From: an uncultured bacterium
GTDB lineage: Bacteria; Bacteroidota; Bacteroidia; Bacteroidales; Bacteroidaceae
NCBI GenBank assembly: GCA_905214795.1
Contig: CAJMNM010000014.1
Location: 2,669-66,668, forward strand
Direction: 5' to 3'
DNA: 64,000 nt
Part shown: in pieces, positions 48,226 through 59,485 of the stretch
How positions within the stretch are numbered: the first letter of the stretch is position 1
Layout of the letters: each line of letters starts with the position of its first letter
The notes under the pieces: model-generated
Database searches by the model: none
What the model saw: only the letters and a program-made list of their open reading frames with translations
Told to the model about the DNA's origin: nothing
Program-made: the position numbers and the translations under genes

Positions 48226-49512
48226 ATGAAAAGAATAGAATATCCGAAAGAAACGGAATGGGAGGAATTGCTGAAGCGTCCCGTGATGAATGTGGATACT
48301 TTGCGCGAAACGGTACGCAAGGTACTTGACGATGTCAGGGAGCGTGGCGACGAGGCCGTGAAGGCTTATGAAAAACAGTTTGACAAGGTGGAACTGACGG
48401 GACTGGCTGTGACACAGGAGGAAATGGATGAGGCGGATGCCTTGGTGTCGGATGAGTTGAAAGCAGCTCTTGAACTGGCACATGCCAATATCGAGAAGTT
48501 CCATGCGGCCCAGAAATTTGAGTCCTGCAAGGTTGAAGTGCGGCCCGGCGTGACCTGCTGGCAGAAAGCGGTGCCCATAGAAAAAGTAGGACTTTATATC
48601 CCCGGGGGAACGGCACCGCTGTTTTCAACGGTGCTGATGCTCGCCACACCGGCCAAAATAGCCGGTTGTCGTGAGATTGTGCTTTGTACACCTCCGAATA
48701 AGGAGGGTAAGGTCAATCCGGCCATACTGTATGCAGCAAAAGTGGCCGGCGTGAGCCGGATTTTCAAGGCAGGTGGTGTGCAAGCCATTGGCGCGATGGC
48801 CTATGGTACGGAGAGTGTGCCGAAGGTTTATAAGATATTCGGACCTGGCAACCAGTTTGTCATGGCGGCAAAGCAACAGGTTTCTTTACATGATGTGGCG
48901 ATAGATATGCCGGCTGGTCCTTCGGAAGTGGAAGTATTGGCGGATGCTTCGGCCAATCCTGCTTTTGTGGCTTCGGACTTGCTCTCACAGGCCGAACACG
49001 GTGTGGACAGTCAGGTGCTTTTGGTGACTACCGATGCGGAACTGATAGATAAGGTGTGCGAGGAAGTGGACCGTCAGCTGGCCGTATTGCCGAGGAAGGA
49101 AATTGCCGCAAAGTCGCTTGAGAACAGTAAGCTGGTGCTGGTACGTGACATGGATGAGGCGATGGCCATGACCAACCGTTACGCGCCCGAACACTTGATA
49201 ATTGAGGCAGAAGATTATTTGTCACTGGCTGAAAGAGTGGTCAATGCGGGCAGTGTCTTTTTAGGGCATTATACGCCGGAGAGTGCGGGAGACTATGCGT
49301 CGGGTACGAATCATACTTTGCCGACAAACGGATATGCCACGGCGTACAATGGTGTGAATTTGGACAGTTATAACCGGAAAATTACCTTCCAGGAACTTAC
49401 ACCCGAAGGTATCCGTGCCATAGGGCCTGCGGTAGAGACGCTGGCAGCCGGAGAGTCGCTTGATGCGCACCGTAACGCGATGTCGCTCAGATTGAGAACT
49501 TTAAAACCGTAG
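48226..49512 (+). CDS. hisD: Histidinol dehydrogenase
   Basis: Start set at MKRIEYP (48226); GLYIPGG, GPGNQFV, DMPAGPSE, SQAEH, APEHL, GDYASGTNHTLPT. Confidence 0.97.
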   Translation: MKRIEYPKETEWEELLKRPVMNVDTLRETVRKVLDDVRERGDEAVKAYEKQFDKVELTGLAVTQEEMDEADALVSDELKAALELAHANIEKFHAAQKFESCKVEVRPGVTCWQKAVPIEKVGLYIPGGTAPLFSTVLMLATPAKIAGCREIVLCTPPNKEGKVNPAILYAAKVAGVSRIFKAGGVQAIGAMAYGTESVPKVYKIFGPGNQFVMAAKQQVSLHDVAIDMPAGPSEVEVLADASANPAFVASDLLSQAEHGVDSQVLLVTTDAELIDKVCEEVDRQLAVLPRKEIAAKSLENSKLVLVRDMDEAMAMTNRYAPEHLIIEAEDYLSLAERVVNAGSVFLGHYTPESAGDYASGTNHTLPTNGYATAYNGVNLDSYNRKITFQELTPEGIRAIGPAVETLAAGESLDAHRNAMSLRLRTLKP

Positions 49513-49515
49513 GAT

Positions 49516-50568
49516 ATGACAATGAGAACTTTACAGGACCTGGTACGTCCTAATATCTGGTCGCTGAAACCGTACAGTTCAGCGCGTGATGAATATAAAG
49601 GTGTTGAAGCCTCAGTCTTTCTTGACGCAAATGAGAATCCTTACAACAGTCCTTACAACCGTTATCCGGACCCGTTGCAATGGGAGGTGAAGGAAAAACT
49701 GGCAGAGATAAAGGAGGTACGGCCGGAACAGATTTTTTTAGGTAACGGCAGCGATGAGGCGATAGATCTGCTTTTCCGTGTGTTTTGTGAACCGCGTGTG
49801 GATAACGTGGTGGCGATTGCGCCGACATATGGTATGTATGAGGTTTGTGCGGACATCAATAATGTGGCTTACCGTTCTGTGTTGTTGGATTCCGATTTCC
49901 GGCTTAATGCGGATCGCTTGCTGTCGGCAGTGGATGAACATACGAAGCTGATTTTTATCTGTTCGCCGAACAATCCGTCGGGAAATGATCTTAGCCGTGA
50001 AGAAATGGTTAAGGTGGTGGAACATTTTTCGGGTATCGTAGTGGTGGATGAGGCCTATTCGGACTTTTCTTCACAGAAACCAATGCGGAAAGATTTGAAA
50101 AAATACCCTAATCTGGTGGTCTTAAACACCTTCTCGAAGGCATGGGGATGTGCCGGCATCCGTCTGGGTATGGCTTTTGCTCACAGGGATATTATAAATT
50201 TGTTCAACAAGGTGAAGTATCCGTATAATGTGAACGAATTGACGCAACGCGAGGCGTTGGATATTCTGGCAAAGCGCTATGATGTGGACAAATGGGTGAA
50301 CACCATCTTGCGTGAGCGGGATCAAGTGATGAAGGCCTTTGCGGAACTGAGTATCTGTGAGCAGATTTATCCGTCGGATGCTAATTTCTTCCTGACACGT
50401 GTGAAAGGGGCTGACAGAATTTATGCTTATCTTGTGAGCAAAGGAATTATTGTGCGTAACCGTTCGAAGGTGGTGCGCTGCGGAGATTGTCTGAGAATCA
50501 CTATCGGAACGCCACAGGAGAACAACCAGCTTCTCGGCGCAATGCGCTCTTACAAAGAGAATGAATAA
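49516..50568 (+). CDS. hisC: Histidinol-phosphate aminotransferase
   Basis: [39 protein letters not shown]. Confidence 0.97.
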   Translation: MTMRTLQDLVRPNIWSLKPYSSARDEYKGVEASVFLDANENPYNSPYNRYPDPLQWEVKEKLAEIKEVRPEQIFLGNGSDEAIDLLFRVFCEPRVDNVVAIAPTYGMYEVCADINNVAYRSVLLDSDFRLNADRLLSAVDEHTKLIFICSPNNPSGNDLSREEMVKVVEHFSGIVVVDEAYSDFSSQKPMRKDLKKYPNLVVLNTFSKAWGCAGIRLGMAFAHRDIINLFNKVKYPYNVNELTQREALDILAKRYDVDKWVNTILRERDQVMKAFAELSICEQIYPSDANFFLTRVKGADRIYAYLVSKGIIVRNRSKVVRCGDCLRITIGTPQENNQLLGAMRSYKENE

Positions 50569-50594
50569 GAAATTAACGGAAAAAGAAATCCTTC

Positions 50595-51698
50595 ATGAAA
50601 GCAGCTTTATTTATAGACAGAGACGGTACGCTGATAAAGGAACCGGCTGACGAGCAGATTGACGCTTTTGAAAAACTGGAGTTTGTGCCGGGAGTCATGA
50701 GAAATCTTGGCTTTATCCGCCGTAATCTGGATTTTGAGTTTGTGATGGTGTCCAATCAGGACGGACTGGGGACGGACGCGTTTCCTGAAGATACGTTCTG
50801 GCCAGTTCATAATCTGCTGATGCTGACGTTGGCCGGAGAGGGTATAGAGTTTGACGATGTGCTGATAGACCGCAGCTTTCCAGAAGAACATCTGCCGACC
50901 CGTAAACCCGGAACCGGCATGTTGGGGAAATATATGCAGGGCGATTACGACATGTCGCGCTGTTATGTAATTGGTGACCGTGAGACAGATGCGGCTTTGG
51001 CTCTGAATCTGGGATGTAAAGCGCTGATTCTGAAACAGCGTGACGCGGATTCGGTGGATGATGCGCGTGTGCAGTATGTAGATTCATGGGACCGGATTGC
51101 GGAACTGCTGTTTGCCGGCGAACGGAAGGCATCTGTTCATCGGGTGACGAAAGAAACAGATGTGGATGTCAGGATTGATCTTGACGGTGAGGGGCGATGT
51201 GACATCAGTACAGGATTGGGATTTTTTGACCATATGCTTGAACAGATAGGCAAGCATGGCGGAATGGACTTGTATATTCATGTGAAGGGCGACCTGCAGG
51301 TGGACGAGCATCATACCATAGAAGATACGGCGCTTGCGATGGGTGAGTGCTTGAGTAAGGCTTTGGGTGACAAACGCGGCATTGAACGTTACGGATATTG
51401 TTTGCCCATGGACGATTGTCTTTGTCAGGTGGCGCTGGATTTCGGCGGCAGACCATGGTTGGTATGGGAAGCGGATTTTAAGAGAGAGAAAATAGGCGAG
51501 ATGCCAACCGAGATGTTCCTTCATTTCTTTAAGAGTCTGAGCGATGCGGCCAGGATGAATCTTAACATCAAGGCTGAGGGACAGAATGAACATCATAAGA
51601 TAGAGGGTATTTTCAAGGCGCTGGCACGTAGCTTGAAGATGGCTGTGAAACGTGATATTTATCATTTTCAGTTACCTTCGAGCAAAGGAGTGCTTTAA
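50595..51698 (+). CDS. hisB: Bifunctional histidinol-phosphatase / imidazoleglycerol-phosphate dehydratase
   Basis: [44 protein letters not shown]. Confidence 0.97.
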   Translation: MKAALFIDRDGTLIKEPADEQIDAFEKLEFVPGVMRNLGFIRRNLDFEFVMVSNQDGLGTDAFPEDTFWPVHNLLMLTLAGEGIEFDDVLIDRSFPEEHLPTRKPGTGMLGKYMQGDYDMSRCYVIGDRETDAALALNLGCKALILKQRDADSVDDARVQYVDSWDRIAELLFAGERKASVHRVTKETDVDVRIDLDGEGRCDISTGLGFFDHMLEQIGKHGGMDLYIHVKGDLQVDEHHTIEDTALAMGECLSKALGDKRGIERYGYCLPMDDCLCQVALDFGGRPWLVWEADFKREKIGEMPTEMFLHFFKSLSDAARMNLNIKAEGQNEHHKIEGIFKALARSLKMAVKRDIYHFQLPSSKGVL

Positions 51699-51714
51699 AG
51701 GTAATAAACGAGAT

Positions 51715-51771
51715 AACAAACAGAAACGGGTTGGAAATAGTTGTTGTCCAACCCGTTTCTGTTTGTTTTTT
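51715..51771 (+). terminator. Intrinsic terminator after hisB
   Basis: AACAAACAGAAACGGGTTGGA / TCCAACCCGTTTCTGTTTGTT perfect 21-bp stem plus T run. Confidence 0.85.
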
Positions 51772-51962
51772 GATGGGGGTGAAGTAGTCTTAGACGTAAT
51801 TTCTTAAAATTTTATAATTCTGAAAAAACGTTTTAGTGGAATGTATTGTATGTTCGTATTTAATAACAGAACGTTTGAGATGTTGTTGTTAACCGTGCCG
51901 GATATATGACTTTTTAATGTAAAAAGAATGATTCCGGCACTTTATCCTTAAAATGAGAGCTT

Positions 51963-54644
51963 ATGAAGCGTTTTTTATTACTCGTTACTTTGGTCTTAGG
52001 ACTGGCAGGTTCTTCGGAGCTGTCAGCGCAAAAAAGAAAGTTTGTACATCCCGGTATTACTTATACACGTGCCGATCTGGACCGGATGAAAGCGATGGTG
52101 GAGGCACGGCGTGAACCGTTCTATACGACTTATCAGGCTTTGTTGAATGACCGTTATTCGCAGATAGGAGACGGGAATTATGAGGATATTACGCAGATTA
52201 AGGAAGGAAAGTTTAACGGAACGATAGGCGCGGACGGACGGCGTGCGCATGATTTGGCTTTGCTTTATCATATAACAGGAAATAAGGCTTATGCCGATGA
52301 TGCTGTTAAAAGGTTGAACCGTTATAACCGTCTGACGAACGCCAGTTGTCGTGGCACTGCACCGTTGGATAATGGCAAGATTTATATGTTGATTGAGGCT
52401 GCAGAACTTTTGCGCGATTATGAAGGGTGGGCACCTGAGGATCAGGCTGCTTTCAAGAAAATGTTGGTTTATCCGTTTTACAGTACCACGAAAGACGCAA
52501 ACAGCCATAAGTCGTTGGATGATAATCAGAATGATGTGTCGTTTTATTGGAATATCTATAATTTCGATCCGGGACGCTTCGGTAACCAGGGATTGTTCGC
52601 GGCACGAGGACTGATGGCCATGGGGATTTATTTGGATAACGATACCATTTATGAAAGAGGTTACCGTTATCTGGCCGGCTTGCCGAGCCGTAAGGATGAT
52701 TTGTCTTATGGTACAGGACAGCCTGTAAGAGGTGAACTGATTTCGGAGAGTGACACTAAACTGGATTACCGTGTGAGTTGGGAGCCATCGGACGAAGAAT
52801 ATTTTTCGGATGAGCTTCTGCGTTATTATATCTATCAAAACGGACAGTGTCAGGAGTCGTGCCGTGACCAGGGACATACAATGGGAGGCATAGGTAATTA
52901 TACGGCAATAGCCGAGATGGCATGGAACCAGGGAGATACCATTTACGGTTGGCTGGATAACAGAATATTGAAAGGAATAGAATTTAACATACGCTACAAT
53001 CTCTCGGCTTTGGAGAGCTTTCCGGACCAGCCTGAGCCATGGGAACCGACAGGATATACGAAAAATGAAGAGGAATGTACGTTTGAGAATGGTAAGTTCT
53101 ATCAGGCTGTAAGTCGTTCGAAACGCTGGGAAGCAAAGGCTATGGCCTATGGTGACCGGGGAAAGGTGTTCGGCACGGGCGGATGGAAAACACAGGCGTT
53201 GGAACATTATAGGGTGAGAGCCGGTGTGCCGGCGAAAGAAACATTGTGGTTGCAGCGTGCTTATGATAAAATGATGAGAGATTACGGCTTGGAAAACTGG
53301 GGCGTTGCGCCTAACTGGTATTACGAATGGGCCGGATGGGGAACGCTGACCAAGCAACGTACGGACTGGATGGCCGGTGACGCGGGAACTTGGCAGAACG
53401 GTGTCCGGCAGTCGGGAATTCCTATTGTACCCTGTAAAATTAAGGCTGTGGACTATGATTATTATGCCGGAAATGGCGAGTCTCATACTTATCACAATGA
53501 AGGCGAAGATAGAAACGGGATTTATCGTCCAGACGGTACGGTAGAGATTGCTGAAGAAAACGGTGATTATTACGTAACCGAGATGAAAGCCGGTGAATGG
53601 ATGAGTTATACGCTTGTATTCCCGGCTCCGGAAAATAATACGAAGGCAGGATTGGTTGAATCTTATAAGGTGTATGCCACATACCGTACGACGGGAAAGG
53701 GAGCGGCATTATATTGTGCAGTGGATGACGGAGAGAAAGTTGGTGGAAGTCTGAAAGAATCGTCCGGATGGACAGAAGTTCTGTTAGGAACGGTTTCTGT
53801 GAAATGTGGTGCGGCGGTTTTAAGGTTGTATATGAATGGGAAAGACGATGTATTGCAATTGAAGAACCTGCGGATTGACCCGGTAGAACAGACCAAGACC
53901 GTAGCGGTGGATTTGAATACGGATGTCCGGTCGGTGAAAGTATATGATGCTTCGGGAAAAGATGTGACAGAAAATTATGAGGCTGCTGTAAAGGCAGCCT
54001 CTGATGGTTTAATAGAGCAACCGGTAAATCTGAAAAACCAACTTTTTATGGTTTATGATTTTGGTGAAGAGGGACTGGACATAGCTTCTGTAGTGTTGTA
54101 TAATAATGGGCGAGTGCAAGATACACGGGAGCAGGTGAAAGTTTGTGGCTCAACGGCAGAAGGGCCGTATTTGGAAGACTGGAATCTGAATGACGCGGAA
54201 GATATTATGCGTACAAACGGTACTGTTTACGGTGAAGTGACGGTTACGGATAATTCGTGGGTGACAGAAGGCGGCGTTCCCGGACATTATGCCGTGGGAG
54301 CCGTAGGGAATTATCGTTATCTGGCTTTATATAATTGGTCGGCAACCTGTAATGTGTCCGAAATAGACGTGTTCCATACGGTTACGTATCCTTATGACGG
54401 GATTAAATATGCGACCGAAGATTTACAGCGTTTAAGATGGTCTTCTCCCTCGAAAGGAGTCCTTTCTGTCAGTACAGATAACGGTTGTGACTGCACACTT
54501 TATACGTTAACCGGTTTTCCGGTTAAGAATATGACACTTAATTCACATGAAACCGAATTTTTAAGATTACAGTCTGGATTTTATATCTTGTCAGTAGCAT
54601 ATAGTTGCGGTTCTGTAGAATGTCATAAAATAATGGTAAAATAG
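51963..54644 (+). CDS. Secreted alginate-lyase-family (alpha/alpha toroid) protein with CBM6-like and discoidin-like modules and T9SS-type CTD
   Basis: FVHPGI..DLDRMK, GNQG, GQCQESCRDQGH; AVDYD..YRPDG.VEI..AGEWMSYT (CBM6-like); YRYLAL..VSEIDV; LYTLTG..GFYIL..KIMVK. Substrate not determinable from sequence. Confidence 0.7.
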   Translation: MKRFLLLVTLVLGLAGSSELSAQKRKFVHPGITYTRADLDRMKAMVEARREPFYTTYQALLNDRYSQIGDGNYEDITQIKEGKFNGTIGADGRRAHDLALLYHITGNKAYADDAVKRLNRYNRLTNASCRGTAPLDNGKIYMLIEAAELLRDYEGWAPEDQAAFKKMLVYPFYSTTKDANSHKSLDDNQNDVSFYWNIYNFDPGRFGNQGLFAARGLMAMGIYLDNDTIYERGYRYLAGLPSRKDDLSYGTGQPVRGELISESDTKLDYRVSWEPSDEEYFSDELLRYYIYQNGQCQESCRDQGHTMGGIGNYTAIAEMAWNQGDTIYGWLDNRILKGIEFNIRYNLSALESFPDQPEPWEPTGYTKNEEECTFENGKFYQAVSRSKRWEAKAMAYGDRGKVFGTGGWKTQALEHYRVRAGVPAKETLWLQRAYDKMMRDYGLENWGVAPNWYYEWAGWGTLTKQRTDWMAGDAGTWQNGVRQSGIPIVPCKIKAVDYDYYAGNGESHTYHNEGEDRNGIYRPDGTVEIAEENGDYYVTEMKAGEWMSYTLVFPAPENNTKAGLVESYKVYATYRTTGKGAALYCAVDDGEKVGGSLKESSGWTEVLLGTVSVKCGAAVLRLYMNGKDDVLQLKNLRIDPVEQTKTVAVDLNTDVRSVKVYDASGKDVTENYEAAVKAASDGLIEQPVNLKNQLFMVYDFGEEGLDIASVVLYNNGRVQDTREQVKVCGSTAEGPYLEDWNLNDAEDIMRTNGTVYGEVTVTDNSWVTEGGVPGHYAVGAVGNYRYLALYNWSATCNVSEIDVFHTVTYPYDGIKYATEDLQRLRWSSPSKGVLSVSTDNGCDCTLYTLTGFPVKNMTLNSHETEFLRLQSGFYILSVAYSCGSVECHKIMVK

Positions 54645-54754
54645 CATTTTATATTTGTTTTAAAGTTCTTGTGGTTAATGGCATTGTTGTTTTATATTAA
54701 TTGTTATATTTGCACTTGATATATCATTAATCTAATTTTAAATCAATAATACAT

Positions 54755-57700
54755 ATGAAACGCAAGAGTTTGCTTTTTGTGCTTTTATTGTGCGGTCTGG
54801 CATCTGTAAAAGCACAACGACCGATGGAACAGCTGGACCGGGGAATAGTAGCAGTTAAGACAGCTTCGGGAGTTTATGTCGGTTGGCGTATGGACGGTAC
54901 GGAATATTACGATACACAGTATAATCTTTATCGTGACGGTGTGAAAGTCAATGATACGCCACTCAATGTGTCAAACTATCTGGATACAAACGGAACCGTA
55001 AGTTCTACATATACGGTTCGTCCTGTTTTTCGTGGCGTGGAACAGGAGGCGTGTGAACCGGTTGCTGTATGGAATCAACAGTATTTGTCTATTCCGATGG
55101 GAAAAATCTATTCCCGGCGTGGAACAGACATTACAAAAGATTATAAGTTGAATGATGCTTCGGCTGCAGATCTTGACGGAGACGGACAGTTTGAAATCAT
55201 CGTGAAACGTATTTATGGGCCGGACGGTTTGTTTGAAGTGGCCAACGACAGTGCCTTCTGTTATTTTGAAGCTTATAAGATGGATGGTACAAAGTTGTGG
55301 AGCATAGATTGTGGACCGAACCTGATTAGTTCCGGTCATGTGGAAACCAACATTGTGGCTTATGACTGGGATGGTGACGGAAAGGCAGAAGTGTTGATGA
55401 GAGCGGCTGACGGTACGATAGTACATGGTGCCGATGGTGATCAGGTGATTGGTAGCCTGAGTAAGAATTACCGTAATATGATTTCACATTCGGCCAATAT
55501 GACTTATGCCACGGCCGGTGATGAATTTCTGCTTTATATGGAAGGGGCTACAGCCAAACTGTATAATCAACGGGAATTTCCGTTGAAACGTTTTGAGTCG
55601 GGAGAAACTGATCTGAACAAGGCCTGGGGAGACGGTTACGGGCATCGTTCTAATAAGTTTTTCTTTGGAGCGCCATTCCTTGACGGACGTAAACCGAGTA
55701 TTTATTTAGGACGTGGTATTTATACCCGTCATAAGATGATAGCGTATGATGTGAATCCCGAAACACACGAACTGACCGAACGTTGGCGTTGGAATTGTAA
55801 TACCGGTGGTCCGTGGTACGGACAAGGTTATCATAATTACGGTATTGCAGATGTGGATTGGGATGGACGTGATGAAATCGTTTACGGTTCTATGGTGATA
55901 GATGACAATGGAAAGGGATTGTCGACAACCGGCCTTGGTCATGGAGACGCACAGCATTGTAGTGATTTGGATCCTTATAGAAAAGGGCAGGAAATATTTG
56001 CTTGTAATGAGAACGCACAAGGAGCTAACTACCGTGATGCGACAACCAGTAAGATTTACTATCAGCATAAACTGGGTAGAGATTGTGGCCGTGCGATGGC
56101 AGGTAATTTTACGGATCAGTATATGGGTAGCCAGATGACGGCTGTCGGTATGGGATTGCTTAGTTCTGTGACATCGGATGTCGTGACGAACAGTTTTACC
56201 GGTATTACTCAGGATTTCAGAATTTACTGGGATGGTGATTTATGTGAAGAAAGTCTGGACGGAGCGGGAACAGAAGGTCCTGCCGCGATTTATAAGTATG
56301 GGCAGTCGGATGCCATTTTTACTGCGACCGGAACGAAACTGAACAACTGGACCAAAAATACGCCCTCGTTGCAGGCCGATTTGTTTGGAGATTGGAGAGA
56401 AGAGATTGTGGTCCGTTCGGAGGATAATCAGTCTTTGAGAATTTATACAACTACCGATGTAACACCTTGGAGAAATTATACCTTGTTGCACGATATGCAA
56501 TATCGTCAGGCTGTGGTATGGCAGATGTGCGGATATAACCAGCCGCCTCATGTCAGCTATTTTCTTGGTAAAACGGAAGGTATTACGATGGCTCCGCCTC
56601 CATTAATGACAAACGGGCGTGAGGAAGTGACCGATGCGATTACTGCTGCTCAAAACGACAAACATGTTTTGTTGGCTAATACCGAGGGCGGAACGGTTAA
56701 TATAGAAAACGGAGTAGCTCCTTATATATTGACCGTAAATGCTTTCTCGCATACAGAGGGACATGATGATAATGATAACATTACCACTGCTTATTCAACT
56801 TATACTTTAACCGGTGGCAGTATGACCGGTGACATGCGTTTGGTTAAGCAGGGAGAGGGTATTCTTACATTTGGCGGAAACCAGACTTATAGCGGTGGAA
56901 CTGATTTGTGGGCCGGAGTGACGAATTTTAATGGCAGTCTGCCAGAAAGCCGTGTATGGATGAATCGTTTTGCCGAGTTGAACGCTTCAGCAGAGTTTGG
57001 TAAGGCCATTCAGATGGAATATGGTGCGGTATTGCGTGCAGGCGGCGCAAACCAAAAGGGAGAAATAAAGGTGGACAGCCTTATCATGAATTTTGGAGCA
57101 ATTGCTGAGTTTGATATTTATGCGGAAGATTTTTCTGCAGATAAAATCATTGTTAATAAGGCATTGGTACTGCGTACAATAAACCGTCAGGATGCACCAC
57201 AGTATAGGCAGCCTGTATTCCGTTTTGTGGCACATTGTAAGACCGGTGAGACGAAGATGACTCCAGGAAAATATGAATTGATGGATGTGACCGAGATTAA
57301 TGGTGATGTAAGTAATATCTTAATTGAAGGTTTAGACGGTTTGCGTTGTCACATTGAAGCAGATGAAGCTCATGTGTATTTGGTGATTGAAAATCTGCGT
57401 GCTGCTGCTACAATTTATTGGACAGGAAGTACTGAAAATAATAATTGGGATTTGGCGTCAACAAAGAATTTCAAACTGAATGGAGAAGAGGATTTTTTTG
57501 TGACAGACGATAAAGTGGTTTTTGATGATGCAGCTACCGTTTTTACCGTGAATCTAACGGAGAGTGTTATGCCTTCAGAAGTTTGTTTTCAGGCAGAAAA
57601 AGATTATACGATAAAGGGTGCCGGTGCACTGGATGGAGACATGAACTTGACCAAAGCGGGAAAAGGTATGTTGACTATCGAGAATGAAAATAAATATACC

Positions 57701-59281
57701 GGAAAAACCACACTTGAAGGTGGAACTACTGTTGTCACAACGATGGCAAATGACATTACTCCATATGGCGCTTTTGGTGTATTTACCACGGAAAAAAATA
57801 AAATAGAACTGAAAAATGGTGCAGTATTGAGAAATCTGTCTGCAGTCAGCAATTCAACACCGATTACTATCGGTGAAGGTGGAGGAGAACTGAACTGTAG
57901 TGCTGATTTTGAAATGAAAGGTGAATTTACAGGTACCACACTGACAAAATCTGGTAGCGGAACATTGACATTGTTGAATAGCAGTAATGATTTGAAATCG
58001 ACGATATTGGAAAACGGAACAATTGCAGCCGGAGTGGACAATGTCAGATTAGGAGACACCTTGATTATGAAAGGTGGAATTTATCGTGATTGCGATAACA
58101 TGTATACTTACAGTTCAAACTCAAATAATTTTTATGTGGAGAAGCGTAAGACAGCTACATTTTATGCCGATTCACGCTGTACTTATATCGGTCGTCTATA
58201 CGGCGAAGGAACCTTGAAAGTGAATGTCCCGTATGTCCGTACGCAGTTTCAAGGTGACTGGTCGGCTTTTGAAGGCACAATAGAGCCGATAAATAAAACC
58301 TATGGTTTGACATTGGATAATGGTTTCGGTTTACCGAAAGCTACATTAAATATTCCGGCAGGGTATACTGTGACAAATTCAGGTAAATCGTTTACGATTG
58401 GCAAACTGACCGGTAATGGCTCTTTGGGAGAGTTACCGCCGTTTTCAAGTTCGGGGGTAAATACATGGAAAGTCGGCTCGCTAAATGAGAAATTTACGTT
58501 TGCCGGTACAATTGTCGGTTCGGGTACTAATTTTGAAAAGGTGGGAACCGGAGAAATGTTTGTTACAGGATATAGCACATTTGGTGGAACATGCAAGGTT
58601 TCAGAAGGAAGCCTGATTTTGAATAAAACGAATGCAGATTATGCAATGTTGGGTTCTGGTGCTCTGACGGTAGCTTCTGGCGCAATGTTGGCTGGAGGCG
58701 GTAAACTTGGAAATTCTTCTGTGTCTGTGTCTAATGGCGGAACACTTCGTCCGGGTGTATCAGAAACATCTTTTTCCGGAATTCTGGATTTCAGTTCCAA
58801 GAATGTGACAATAAGCAGTGGGGCTACATTGCAGTTCTATATTTACAGTAAATCGTCTTATACTCATCTCGCTTCTATAGGAACCTTGAATTTAAGAGGC
58901 AAACTGAAAGTCTTATTACGTGAAGGTGTGCAATTAGCTGTTGGCGATGAATTTCAGTTATGGGAGGCAGAAACAACAAGGCTGTCTGATTTGTTGGAAT
59001 TTGAGTTGTCAGCTCCCGGCGACGGTTTGGAGTGGGATAAATATTCATTAGATAAAGGTATTCTTCGTGTGGTAAAGGCTACAGGTGTAACGGAAATGAC
59101 ATCAGAGACTCCTTTGAGATGCATGGTATATACAATGGGAGGAGCTTTGGTCGGTACTTTGGAATGTGTTCCGGAGAGCCTTAGATATATGATGAAGAAT
59201 CAAGGTTATAAATCGGGAACTTATACCGTAAAATGGTATAAGGATAATGAAGTTTTTACAGAAAAGGTTATTTTGAATTAA
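54755..59281 (+). CDS. PL11 rhamnogalacturonan lyase (YesW/YesX-like) with autotransporter-associated beta-strand repeats and T9SS-type CTD
   Basis: MEQLDRGIVA..VGWR..YNLYRDG, DLDGDGQFE, DWDGDGKAE, RGIYTR, GQGYHN, HGDAQH, ADLFGDWREE, YNQPPH; repeats LVKQGEGILT..QTYSGGT, LTKAGKGMLT..KYTGKT, LTKSGSGTLT, EKVGTGEM..TFGGT; C-terminal KVILN. Confidence 0.88.
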   Translation: MKRKSLLFVLLLCGLASVKAQRPMEQLDRGIVAVKTASGVYVGWRMDGTEYYDTQYNLYRDGVKVNDTPLNVSNYLDTNGTVSSTYTVRPVFRGVEQEACEPVAVWNQQYLSIPMGKIYSRRGTDITKDYKLNDASAADLDGDGQFEIIVKRIYGPDGLFEVANDSAFCYFEAYKMDGTKLWSIDCGPNLISSGHVETNIVAYDWDGDGKAEVLMRAADGTIVHGADGDQVIGSLSKNYRNMISHSANMTYATAGDEFLLYMEGATAKLYNQREFPLKRFESGETDLNKAWGDGYGHRSNKFFFGAPFLDGRKPSIYLGRGIYTRHKMIAYDVNPETHELTERWRWNCNTGGPWYGQGYHNYGIADVDWDGRDEIVYGSMVIDDNGKGLSTTGLGHGDAQHCSDLDPYRKGQEIFACNENAQGANYRDATTSKIYYQHKLGRDCGRAMAGNFTDQYMGSQMTAVGMGLLSSVTSDVVTNSFTGITQDFRIYWDGDLCEESLDGAGTEGPAAIYKYGQSDAIFTATGTKLNNWTKNTPSLQADLFGDWREEIVVRSEDNQSLRIYTTTDVTPWRNYTLLHDMQYRQAVVWQMCGYNQPPHVSYFLGKTEGITMAPPPLMTNGREEVTDAITAAQNDKHVLLANTEGGTVNIENGVAPYILTVNAFSHTEGHDDNDNITTAYSTYTLTGGSMTGDMRLVKQGEGILTFGGNQTYSGGTDLWAGVTNFNGSLPESRVWMNRFAELNASAEFGKAIQMEYGAVLRAGGANQKGEIKVDSLIMNFGAIAEFDIYAEDFSADKIIVNKALVLRTINRQDAPQYRQPVFRFVAHCKTGETKMTPGKYELMDVTEINGDVSNILIEGLDGLRCHIEADEAHVYLVIENLRAAATIYWTGSTENNNWDLASTKNFKLNGEEDFFVTDDKVVFDDAATVFTVNLTESVMPSEVCFQAEKDYTIKGAGALDGDMNLTKAGKGMLTIENENKYTGKTTLEGGTTVVTTMANDITPYGAFGVFTTEKNKIELKNGAVLRNLSAVSNSTPITIGEGGGELNCSADFEMKGEFTGTTLTKSGSGTLTLLNSSNDLKSTILENGTIAAGVDNVRLGDTLIMKGGIYRDCDNMYTYSSNSNNFYVEKRKTATFYADSRCTYIGRLYGEGTLKVNVPYVRTQFQGDWSAFEGTIEPINKTYGLTLDNGFGLPKATLNIPAGYTVTNSGKSFTIGKLTGNGSLGELPPFSSSGVNTWKVGSLNEKFTFAGTIVGSGTNFEKVGTGEMFVTGYSTFGGTCKVSEGSLILNKTNADYAMLGSGALTVASGAMLAGGGKLGNSSVSVSNGGTLRPGVSETSFSGILDFSSKNVTISSGATLQFYIYSKSSYTHLASIGTLNLRGKLKVLLREGVQLAVGDEFQLWEAETTRLSDLLEFELSAPGDGLEWDKYSLDKGILRVVKATGVTEMTSETPLRCMVYTMGGALVGTLECVPESLRYMMKNQGYKSGTYTVKWYKDNEVFTEKVILN

Positions 59282-59485
59282 TTCGAGGACTAGAAAAGTT
59301 TCTCTTATGTTAAAGATTGACAGGCCTTTAATGGTGTTTGATGGAACGCGGATTTAATCATTTAACTTTTATTTCGAAAAATAGTTTGTATTGATTACAA
59401 CTTTATAAAGAAAATAATACTATCTTTGTTGGCAGATAGATGAATTATTATAGGGGAAATCAATAACTTTTAAAAAACAAACGTT

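Noticed and set aside
47328..51698. Incomplete his operon (no hisH/A/F/IE)
   Set aside because: A split hisGDCB versus hisHAFI arrangement is usual in Bacteroidales; a strong terminator closes this unit.
52023..53495. 490-aa antisense ORF
   Set aside because: Shadow frame lying entirely opposite a well-supported gene, with no motifs.
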